A stretch of 64,000 nt of DNA, from NCBI GenBank assembly GCA_016618085.1, contig JABLTG010000001.1, positions 124,001-188,000 on the forward strand, in the 5' to 3' direction. A program made the translations under genes and the position numbers. Positions 47,798-57,792 of the stretch are shown in pieces. Origin of the DNA: Neovahlkampfia damariscottae. Its lineage: Eukaryota. The stretch's first letter is position 1; each line of letters begins with the position of its first letter. The notes beneath the pieces were generated by a model. It worked only from the letters and a program-made list of their open reading frames with translations, did no database searches and had not been told where the DNA came from.

Positions 47798-50061
47798 TTA
47801 TCATTTCAATTAATTTTTCATTTTTTGAAACTTCTTCAAAAGCTCCTTTACAAACGATTTTACCCAATTCCAATAAGACTAATTGATCTGCGTATTTTAA
47901 ATCTGACATATCATGACTAATAATGATCAACGTAATTTTGTTTTCTTTGGTGAATTTTAATAATTCTGGCATGATTATTTGTCTCTTTTTGATTGGATCC
48001 ATTGCAGATGTTGATTCATCTAAAATGAATAATTTTGCATGTCTTTTGAGAAATACTCTGGCTAATGCAACAGATTGTTGAAAACCACCACTTAAATTAG
48101 TTCCTCTTGGAAGTGTTTTTGTATTTAAAATTTCAATTTTTTTTTCTCTTGTCAATTCAACTTTGTTCTTTGATTCTTCTTCCAATAATAATAGTTGATT
48201 GATATTTGGTAAACTTTGACTCAAGTCAATGTTCTTTTTTAATGTTTTTTCATCTTTTTTTTCATCTTCTTTTTGCTTTAATAATGCAATTTCATCAAAG
48301 GTGAAAATTCCCGCTCTTGTTGCTGCTTCAATAATTTCTTCTTCTTCCGCCTTTGGATCTCCAAGTAATATGTTTTCTCTTATTGTGCCAGCGAAAATAT
48401 ATGGTTTTTGAGCAACGTATGAAATCAGATTTCTCAATGAATTTCTACACAATAAGGACGAATCAAAATTATCAAAATAGATATTCCCTGATTGTGGAGA
48501 ATAAAGTTTACATAATAAATGAACCAAAGTACTTTTACCACTCCTATTCTGACCAATTATAGCATAGGTTTTTCCAGATTCAAATTTAATTTCACCTTCA
48601 ATATCTAATGCCAATCTATCTTGTTCATGTTCTTGTTCAATAATTTCTTCTTCATTTTTTGTTTTCTGTTTTTTTGATTTTTTATCTTCATGTTCTAATT
48701 CTACTTCTTCAACTTTTGGATATGTAAATTTCACATCTTTGACTAAAATTTCATTAAATGTTAAAATTTCTTGAAGTTCGTCTTCTTCATGTTGGAAATT
48801 TGGAAGATTCATTAAATTCATAATTCTGGATTGATTTCCTAAAACTCTTTGTGTTCTTTGTGCTAAATTTCCAGTTCTTCTTGCTAAATTGAATAAATGA
48901 TCAATATCCAATTGAAGTTTTTTATATTGTTCATGAGTTATACCTCTCTTTTTCATAACATGAGTTGTAATTAAAATATCAAAAAGAAAATCAAAAACAC
49001 CACGATTTGTAAAATGTGAATAAAATCTGTTAAAGAAAAATCGAACATCTTCTTCAGCTGCAAATTCATGAGCATACACTTGATCATATTTTTCCATTTG
49101 ACGAAGTTGTGAATTATTTAATTGAATATCTGTCATTCCATCTAAAGTACTATTGATAACATATTTTACATTCTCGTTATCTAAGAATGGTAGAGCCATT
49201 TTCCGTCCAAATACTGTAACTTTAAACCAATCAGTAATTTTCCATCCAAAAATGGAAATCATTGGTCTTGCAATGGCCAACATATCAATTTGTTCTCTTC
49301 TTTCATATAATTCAGATCCTTCTCTTAAAATTGTATAAAAATTCGAAACTAAATTCGGAACAGTAAAAGAGAATAAATTTAAAGTGCTTTGAATATCAAT
49401 TGAAATTCTTCTCTCGATATCATTTTTTTCATAAAAGTCAAGTGACCAAATTTCACTGTATAAGAGTCTTTTTTTCTATTAATTTTGTTTTTTTTTTTAT
49501 TACCTTTCAAGTACTAATCTTTTTACTGAATATTTGTTTAATGATGCCACTCTATTTTTTAAATGACGATCTAAAGTTTGAAGAAAGCAATAAATTGAAG
49601 TATATAAACAATAATTTAAAACTATTTCTACAGTAAGTCCAATTCCTTGTAACATATTATGTTGAAGTGAATTTTTAATAGTTCTTAACTCTTTTCCAAG
49701 TTTATTTTGTGAAAAATACCTATTTTTAATATTATTGAAAAAAAATAAAATACCATGGTAAAGATTCTAAAATTATTGGAAAAATATAATTAACAAATAA
49801 GTTATAAAACAAATGTGATTTTTTTTTTTCCCACAGATATTTATAGAAAATAAAAATTGGTAATTTTTGAATTTTCTGAAATAAATCTCTCCAGAATTTG
49901 ATAAATTTTGAAGGACTGGTTAATATTTTGAATAATTCAACAAAGAACTTTGGTATTGATTTAATATTTTCAAAGTATTCAAGTAATTTGGTTTTTATAC
50001 GTCCAAAATCAATTGAAGTTGGTTCATCTTCGTCTTCTAAGAATTGTAATGCTAGATCCAT
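47790..50061 (-). CDS. ABC transporter (half-size, divergent TMD + NBD), multi-exon
   Basis: Walker A GQNRSGKST, signature LSGGFQQ, Walker B FILDES, H-loop ISHD. Confidence 0.82.
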
Positions 50062-50157
50062 GTTACGGAATAAAAATTTGAAATGACCAATCAAATTGAT
50101 TTCTGAATTCGAACCAATTATTTTGTTTAACGGAAAATTTCTCTTTTCGCAAAGAAA

Positions 50158-53100
50158 ATGAAAAAGAAAGATAATCAAAATTCGAGTGCACCATCAAAAG
50201 TAAAAGTTACACTAAAGTATAAAGACGAAGAAAATAATGTCATAGAGAGTTCAAAAGAGTTTCAAAAACAAGAAGAAAAAATCGATTTACCTTTAAATTT
50301 AGGAGTCGTAACAATTTTATCTCTTGGAAAAGTTGATGTACGAAAGAATTTCCACAATGACAGATACATATTTCCAGTTGGTTATAAAAGCGAAAGGAAT
50401 TATAACTCTTATATAAATCCATCAGAAAAAGTACAATATACTTGCGAAATACTTTCAGATGAAAATACAGAATCACCAGTATTTAAAGTAACTCCAAATG
50501 ATGATCCAACTCAAAGTTTTACTTCAACTACACCAACAGGAGCTTGGACTCCAATTATAAAAAAAGTTCAAGAAAGTAGAAAAAAAATAGGTGGAAAAAG
50601 ACAATACAGTACAGTATCAGGTCCAGGTTTGAAAATTTTCAATTTTTATTTAATTTTTTTTTTGTAAAAGAGTACTTTGGTTTATCTAATCCAAAATGTC
50701 GTGAATTATTAAATTCATTGGAAAATGCAGATAAATGTGAGTCATATCAAGAACCAAAAGATGTAATGGAAGAAGAATTAGATGAAGAATTCATACCACA
50801 AGAAGAAGAAAAAGATGAAGATTTTGAACCAATTGAAGAAGAACCAAAAATAAGAAAAAGTAAACGTAAAGCAATTACCAAAATGGAACAAATGGAAGAA
50901 ATTAAATCACCAAAAAAAACAAAATTAAAACAACCGAGTTTTCCAGGAATATCACCAAATGTACCACTTAAAGAATTAGAACCTCATCAATATAGATTTT
51001 TAACTCAAGGTTTAGAAATTTTTGATGGATATGAACCATTTGCAAGTATGTATAAAAAAGAGGCTTTGGAAAAAATTCAACCAACTTTCCAAACTATTCC
51101 AATGGCTAATAATAGTTCAAACCCTTATCAATTCACAATGTATGGTCCAAATGTTTCAATTCCACAAAATCAACGTTTATTTACTACACAAAATACTCAA
51201 ACTCAAAATTTGGTACCAATTCCAAACACTAAAGTGGTTAATACTGTAAATCAAAATATAACACAAAGTACAACAGTTCCAACAACACAAAGTACAACTT
51301 CAAATGTTCATGGAACTAATTCAGAAGTTCAACAAACGATTTCAAATGGTATTCAACAAAACCAAAATGTAGTTCAAACAAAACAAAATTTAATTCCACA
51401 AACTCAAAATACACTTTTGAAACCAAATATTGTTCCAACACCACAATTAAAAGTTGTAGATTTTGAAAAAGAAGTAAAACTATTGAGAAATATGTGGGAA
51501 TTTGCATTTGTTTGTCATTCACTTGCACTTTTAAGACCAATTTTAAAAATTACTGAATTTACTCCATTAGAATTAGAAAAAGCGTTAATTTCACCAAATG
51601 AACATAATGGTGTTTTAGCAGACATTCATATTAGATTAATTAAAGGACCTGCTATTGATAGAAAAGCATATGAATCACTTCAACCAAATAGCACATCTTG
51701 GATGAGAATTACACAAAATAAATTAGATACAGTTGATACAACCTATTGGGGAAGTAATCCATTAAGAAGAGATAAATATGCAAATATAACACCTGTTTTT
51801 CGAGTTTTAATTTTAAAATCAATAATTGATTGGAAAATAATTAATAACCAAAAATGTTCTGATTATATTCATAATTTAGATGAAATGTTAAGATTTGATC
51901 CATTAGGATTTGATAAAGATGATAACATTTATTGGTATTTTGGTGAAGAAGTTGGGAGATTATATAAAGAAACATCAATAGTTCAAGAGAACAAAAAATT
52001 TGAAGATGAATCAAAAAGTTCGTTATGGTCAATTTCTTGTGATTCTATTGAAGAATTTAAATCATTTATGGATGAGTTAGAACAAAGTTTAAATGAAAAT
52101 GAATCAAAATTATTTGAAGCTTTAAAATATATTTTTCCAACACTTGAAACATATAAAAATGAATCAAAAATTAGAGTTAAACAAAGAGAAGAACAAAAAA
52201 TACTTGAAGCAAAAAAACGTGAAGAAGAAGCACGTAAAAAAGAAGAAAGAAGAATTAAACAAAGAATGTATCAAGAACAAAGAAGAAAAGAATTAGAAGA
52301 GTATCAACAACAATTAATGTCTCAAATGAGTTCTTCATTCACCAGTACACCAACAAAACAAAATGGTGAACATGGTGATGAAGATGAAGAATTTGAAGGT
52401 AGAACAAGAAGTGGAAGAGCAATTAGAAGAAGAATTATAATTGATGAAGAAGAAGAAGAAAAAGGTGATGAATCTTTGAAAGATGATGAACCACTTTCTT
52501 TTTCAAAAAAGAAAAGACAACAAGATGATGATGAATTTAGAATTGTTGAAGATGAAGAAGAAGAAGATGAAGATATTGAAGAAGATGATATTTTAACTGA
52601 TGAAGAAGAGGAAGCATTTGAAACAGAAGAAGAAGAATATGAATCTGATGAAGAATATGGTTCACCAAAAAGAACATCAAGAACATCAAGATATAAATCA
52701 AAAAATCAAAAGAATTTCTTTATTCCATCATCAAATACAACAACTTATAAACCATTAGCTCCTATTATGACATCATTCAAACAACAACCTTTAGCACCAC
52801 AAGTACCTTTGACTGGTGGTACTCAACAACCTTTGATGAATTCACCTTCATTTCAAGCTTATTATCAACAATATTTGAAATTATTGCTTGAACAACAAAA
52901 GAAATCTTTGGGTAATACTTCTACAACCACAGGAACATCATCAACAAAACCAAATACAACTGTTTATCAACCAAATCCAAATTTTGTTCCACAAAAAAAA
53001 ATTACATCTCAACAATCACCTGCACCACAACAAGTTGTTCAAAAACCACAACAAGTTGCTCAACAACCAATTCAAAGAATTAAAATTTCCCAAAATGCTG

Positions 53101-53222
53101 AAAAAGAATCATCTTTGAATAATGATAATTTTTTCAATATGATTCCTGATTCAGATTTTACAACAGATGAAATGGATACAATTGATAGTGTGTTGTCAAA
53201 TCAAAGAGATTTATTGGAATAA
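50158..53222 (+). CDS. Chromatin protein with FYRN/FYRC, DDT and WHIM-like domains, 2 exons
   Basis: FHNDRYIFPVGYKSER and VSGP/EYFGL (FYR); LRNMWEFAFV (DDT); PLGFDKDDNIYWYF (WHIM). Confidence 0.85.
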
Positions 53223-53235
53223 AAATTTAGGAAAA

Positions 53236-54561
53236 TTAATCTACTTCCTCTTCTTCCAAATCAGAATCTTCAACCAACCCATGATTGATTTTATAAATTT
53301 CATATGAATACTTTCCCCCAATTGATATTGAAATTAAGAAAAATGTCCAACTGAACCCCAATAAAAATTTGAATAAAATTGAAAAAACAAATGTTAAACC
53401 AGCAGCATATTTTTCATTATCAATTACTGTTGAACAAATAATGAAACTAATTCCAAAAATAAGTTTTCCTATTTTTCTAAAAGACCAAAGTAAAAGAGAC
53501 AAAAAGAAACTATAAATGAAACCGTATCCATAAATCATTCTTCCAAGAATACTTCCAATCAATGAAACATATAATGTTGGTTTCAACGGGACAGCACCTG
53601 AAACCAGTGTAATTCCCACAATACCTGCACCTAAAAGAACAAAATGTCTCAAATAATAACCATAAAAACCCATTAAAAATCCACTCATCCAAGAATTATG
53701 AAAACAAAATAAACAACCAGTGTAAAAAAAACTTCTTGAAAAAAAGTACATTATCCATCCAATGACAACACCAATAGTTATGGACATATTTCTTTCATCT
53801 GAATACCATAACCCCATTGTAGTTCCAAAAGTAAATTGACCAAAAAATTGAGCTAATTTCATGATAATCAAACAAATATAAATCAAATTATGAATAGATT
53901 GACCATATTTCATTGTTACTTCAAAAGTGAAATGTTTTTTGAATATTTTTTCTAATTCTCTTGCTATATCTTGTTCTTGTTCAATAATACCAGTGACATC
54001 ATAATTTTGTTTTTTTTCTTCATCTGACAAGACTTCATGTGCATTTGAAATAATTTGAAATGCTTCTGTATGACCACCTTGATCAGGATGTGTCATCATT
54101 GCCAGAATATGATATTGTCTTTTAATTTGACTTTGATTGACCATTGAAGGATCAAATGATCCATCTTCTGATTCTTTGTATAATTTTAAAATTCTATAAT
54201 ATGAATATGGTTCATCATGTGTTTTATATTGTAAAATTCTGTCAATTTCTTTTTGTACTTTTTCATCTCTTCTTTCGGTTTTTTGAGTTTCCTTTTGGAA
54301 ATATTTTGATGGAGTATAGTCAAAATTAGCTTCATCCGTTTTTTTAATATCTTCTTCTGTACATTTTAAAGGTTCAAAAATTTTGTTATTTGGTGTTTTC
54401 TTTTTTTTAATTTTTTTTTTTTTTCTTACTGCGCACATGTGAAGAGAATCATCTTCTTCACAGACTTTTGAACAATATATTACTGCGTTACATATTTCAC
54501 AAGTTATATAATCATTCTTGATTTTTCCAGAACAATAAGTGCAAACTTCCGTTTTGCTCAT
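53236..54561 (-). CDS. DnaJ (J-domain) membrane protein with N-terminal MYND-like zinc finger
   Basis: CTYC...CEICNAVIYCSKVC; HPD motif; multiple C-terminal TM helices. Confidence 0.85.
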   Translation of the reverse strand: MSKTEVCTYCSGKIKNDYITCEICNAVIYCSKVCEEDDSLHMCAVRKKKKIKKKKTPNNKIFEPLKCTEEDIKKTDEANFDYTPSKYFQKETQKTERRDEKVQKEIDRILQYKTHDEPYSYYRILKLYKESEDGSFDPSMVNQSQIKRQYHILAMMTHPDQGGHTEAFQIISNAHEVLSDEEKKQNYDVTGIIEQEQDIARELEKIFKKHFTFEVTMKYGQSIHNLIYICLIIMKLAQFFGQFTFGTTMGLWYSDERNMSITIGVVIGWIMYFFSRSFFYTGCLFCFHNSWMSGFLMGFYGYYLRHFVLLGAGIVGITLVSGAVPLKPTLYVSLIGSILGRMIYGYGFIYSFFLSLLLWSFRKIGKLIFGISFIICSTVIDNEKYAAGLTFVFSILFKFLLGFSWTFFLISISIGGKYSYEIYKINHGLVEDSDLEEEEVD

Positions 54562-54646
54562 TTTCTATTATTGTGGAAATCAGACCAATGATATCAAAGT
54601 TGAAGTCAAAGTACAAAAATAATGAAATTTTTAGTTTTATTCAAAA

Positions 54647-55348
54647 TTATTTTTTTTCACCCCAAAATTCTGAAACTGGACTGAATTCAAATGGATTATG
54701 TTTCGAATACCATTGGAATCTTGCTATTTTTTCAAGCATATCTGGTAAGAACACATCTGTAATATTTTCAGGTTGTTTGATAGCACCTTCTGTTTGAACT
54801 TGAACAGCTTTGTCTAAATGAACAATTTTTGACTTGTCTAAAGTGTCAACAAAAACAGTTGCCAATCCAAGTGGTTTTAAACATTGATAAATTGGAGTAT
54901 TACAACAGTTTGAATAGTATCTGTAGAAATTACCATTTTCTTCTTTTTTTGTTAATGAAATGAATTTTTTTGAGTCTTCAGTTATGTGAAAATCAGTTTT
55001 ACAAATTTGAAGTAAATGAGAGCCTCCACATTCGTCAAGGAATAACTTTGAATTTTTAGATTTTTGGCTTAACCAAGTCGCAAAGTTTTGACAATCATGA
55101 CAGTAGCAGTCAAGTGGAAGTGAGTCTTCTTTGATGAGTTTTATGTAACCACAAACTTTTCCGCATTCACATTTGAAGTCAATCTTTAACGTTTTTGAAA
55201 TTGCACGAGCAAGAGTTCGAAATAAAAAGAAAAATGAAACAACAGCTAAGAGTGAAAAAATCTTTGAGTATGTTCTTGACAAGTAAAGGAAAAGTAACAA
55301 GCCTAATAATAGTTTGAAAGTCGATTGTAAGAGACGTGTCCAGTTCAT
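54647..55348 (-). CDS. Mss4-like/GFA-fold (DUF6151-like) protein with N-terminal TM hairpin
   Basis: CECGKVCG, CYCHDCQNFA, RYYSNCCNTPI. Confidence 0.7.
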   Translation of the reverse strand: MNWTRLLQSTFKLLLGLLLFLYLSRTYSKIFSLLAVVSFFFLFRTLARAISKTLKIDFKCECGKVCGYIKLIKEDSLPLDCYCHDCQNFATWLSQKSKNSKLFLDECGGSHLLQICKTDFHITEDSKKFISLTKKEENGNFYRYYSNCCNTPIYQCLKPLGLATVFVDTLDKSKIVHLDKAVQVQTEGAIKQPENITDVFLPDMLEKIARFQWYSKHNPFEFSPVSEFWGEKK

Positions 55349-55508
55349 GTGAAAATGGTGAAGACCTGTGTGATTCTATTGGTTGTATTTTGACCAATTA
55401 AACACTTTAGAAAAGACAAAATTCGAATGAACTCAAGAAAAATTCAGAACAATGCTCAATTGGGAAACTTTCTGGATACTTCATTGTCAAAAAAAATGAT
55501 TTGCAGAA

Positions 55509-56113
55509 AGTAGTAGTGGCCTTATGCTCTTTTTCGAAAGGTAAATTTTACATAAACGAAGAGTAAACCAAAATTAATTAAAAAAAATTTTTTGACACTT
55601 CGCTAATATTCAATTGCCAACTACCCGCTAAATATAATGATTAATCAATGATTTCAATTATTTAATTTTTTTTTCTTCGCGATGCTCACCCAAAATCACA
55701 TACCTTCTCTAATTTCATTTCACTTACTTCCAAAAATCAGTCACAGGTATCAAATTAATTTTAAAATGCCCACACCACACAATAACCATCAATACCATCC
55801 TTCCACCCAGTTCAATTTCCAAAACACCTCAGAACTGCTGGTTTTATTATTTTTTTTGTTTCATTGTTGATTGGCCGATTTTCAAAATTTAATTTTTTGG
55901 TTTATTTATAAGTAAAGGAATCAATGAATCGTGTATCTATAAATCAGAAATTTTTATTGTCGTACAGATATCAGTTTTATATTTTTCTTGGTCTCAGCTG
56001 TTGGGTGGTAGGACTGTTTTTGAAAATTTTTGAGTGGAATTTTAGAGGGGTTTTGTTACTCTTCGTTTATGTAAAATTTCCTCTTCGAAAAAGAGCATAA
56101 GGCCACTACTACT
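55509..56113. mobile_element. Non-autonomous TIR element with Polinton/Maverick-type termini (605 bp)
   Basis: TIRs 55509-55566 and 56056-56113 are identical at 55/58 positions; ends AGTAGTAGT...ACTACTACT; flanks GCAGAA / ACAGAA (6-bp TSD, one mismatch). Confidence 0.88.
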
Positions 56114-56222
56114 ACAGAATACAATCATTCCTCAATCATCATCAAAAAAAGAGAAAAAGAATGGTTGAAGATAAAGAACAAAACTTTAAAAAAAAGAAAT
56201 CAGAATCCAAATGTACTATTTC

Positions 56223-56699
56223 TTAATTTGCGATTAATAAAAGTTCCTTTTGTGAATCATGAAATTTCCAATAAGATTCCCCATAATCCAAATATAATTC
56301 CTGTCCTTTTCGAATATCTTTGGTTGCAACAATTTTCATCATTCGATCACAATCCTGAAAATGATGCAAGTTTACTTTTCTGTCATGATGATTATAAACT
56401 GAACAATGACCCAAAGCCAATGTTGAATAAATTGAAGAATTTTGAAAAGTTGGTTTAAATAGATATTTCCATAATAAAGAATCTTTCAAGATGTTTTCTC
56501 GTTTTAAAAAAAGTAATGGACAATGTTCAACAATTGTACCTTTTTTTATAAATTCATTTGCAAAAACTCCAAGCCCAGAATTTGGTATTTTTGATTTTCC
56601 AATTGTTATTGACTTTGGTGGAGGTAATAATTCATAACTTTCTTTGCATTTTGAAGCTTCAATTGTCAAAAAAAAGAACAAAAGAAAAATAAATTTCAT
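56223..56699 (-). CDS. Minimal SET-domain methyltransferase with N-terminal signal-like peptide
   Basis: GLGVFA, SVYNHH, IRKGQELYLDYG; N-terminus MKFIFLLFFFLTIEAS. Confidence 0.85.
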   Translation of the reverse strand: MKFIFLLFFFLTIEASKCKESYELLPPPKSITIGKSKIPNSGLGVFANEFIKKGTIVEHCPLLFLKRENILKDSLLWKYLFKPTFQNSSIYSTLALGHCSVYNHHDRKVNLHHFQDCDRMMKIVATKDIRKGQELYLDYGESYWKFHDSQKELLLIAN

Positions 56700-56754
56700 T
56701 GGTCAAAAAAAAAAACGCATTGTTGTATTTATTTAAAAAAAAAAGAGGGTTTAT

Positions 56755-57366
56755 TCACAAAACACATTGTTCTTTTGTTTCTCTTCTTTTATAAGCACTT
56801 ACATTTTTCATGTAACTGTATTTCCAAAGTGATTCTTTTGGATTACTTGGGTCTTTCATTAAAGTTAGTTTTTTATCTTCTGGTGTTATAACTTCGAGAA
56901 CATATTCTTTGTCATCCATGTTTTCTGATTTTTTAACTTGAACTTTTTTGACTTTTTTTCCTGCAGTTCTTTTGTTTTGAATGGTTTTTCCTTTTTTGCC
57001 TTGAATTATTTTGACATTGTCTGGTTGTTTTTCAGTGGATTGTTTTTCTTGTTGAAATACTTTTTTTCGACCATTTCCTCCTTTGTTTTCTAAAATGCAG
57101 AATTTTGGATCATTTTTGACTTCTTCAAAAGTTTCCCATCTTTTATCTTTATTTAATGATAATTTGACTTGACTATTCCATTTAGTGTTGTATTGCCAAT
57201 TGTACAAAGGATTGTATTCGTCTATTTTCTGAATGTGAAATTCGTATTGAGGTTTGGAACTATTGAAATAACACCTCTCATATTTCAATGTATTCCCTGT
57301 GTATACTCCTTTTTTTCTTTGTTTGTTGCTGAGATGTGGTTTTGTTGATAGATCCACTTCAAACAT
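56755..57366 (-). CDS. Basic hypothetical protein (203 aa)
   Basis: ATG ORF, K-rich, ends in CVL; no family recognised. Confidence 0.6.
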   Translation of the reverse strand: MFEVDLSTKPHLSNKQRKKGVYTGNTLKYERCYFNSSKPQYEFHIQKIDEYNPLYNWQYNTKWNSQVKLSLNKDKRWETFEEVKNDPKFCILENKGGNGRKKVFQQEKQSTEKQPDNVKIIQGKKGKTIQNKRTAGKKVKKVQVKKSENMDDKEYVLEVITPEDKKLTLMKDPSNPKESLWKYSYMKNVSAYKRRETKEQCVL

Positions 57367-57792
57367 GTTTTTTTTTTGTGTTTAAAAGAAATCCACCAAT
57401 CATTTTATAATGAGGAGGTTCAACATTGAAATTGAGAAAATATTTTTCCGGTACTTTTTCTTTTGTTTGAATTTGAAATTTTCATCTTGACCATTTTTAG
57501 TTCCAAGAAAACTGGACAATAGTGTTTTGGAAGTTAGAATCCAATCAAAATTTTTGGAAGAAATTGCACGAAAACCAAATTGCAAAAACTAAAAAAACTG
57601 TTCTTCACAAATTTCACAAGGAGCCTTAGGAGAAGATACAAAATTTTCATTCAGATTGGGTCATATTAAAGTAAAAATGTTTCATTGAAACCATCAAAAG
57701 GCATCATTTTAATACATTCATTTTTGAAAATGAATTGAATCATCATGGATAAAATGCATTGAATTTTTGACCAATCGACTTGAAGAAACAAA

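Noticed and set aside
55682..55870. 62-aa ORF inside the TIR element
   Set aside because: Low-complexity translation of a C/A-rich tract with no transposase, integrase or polymerase motifs.
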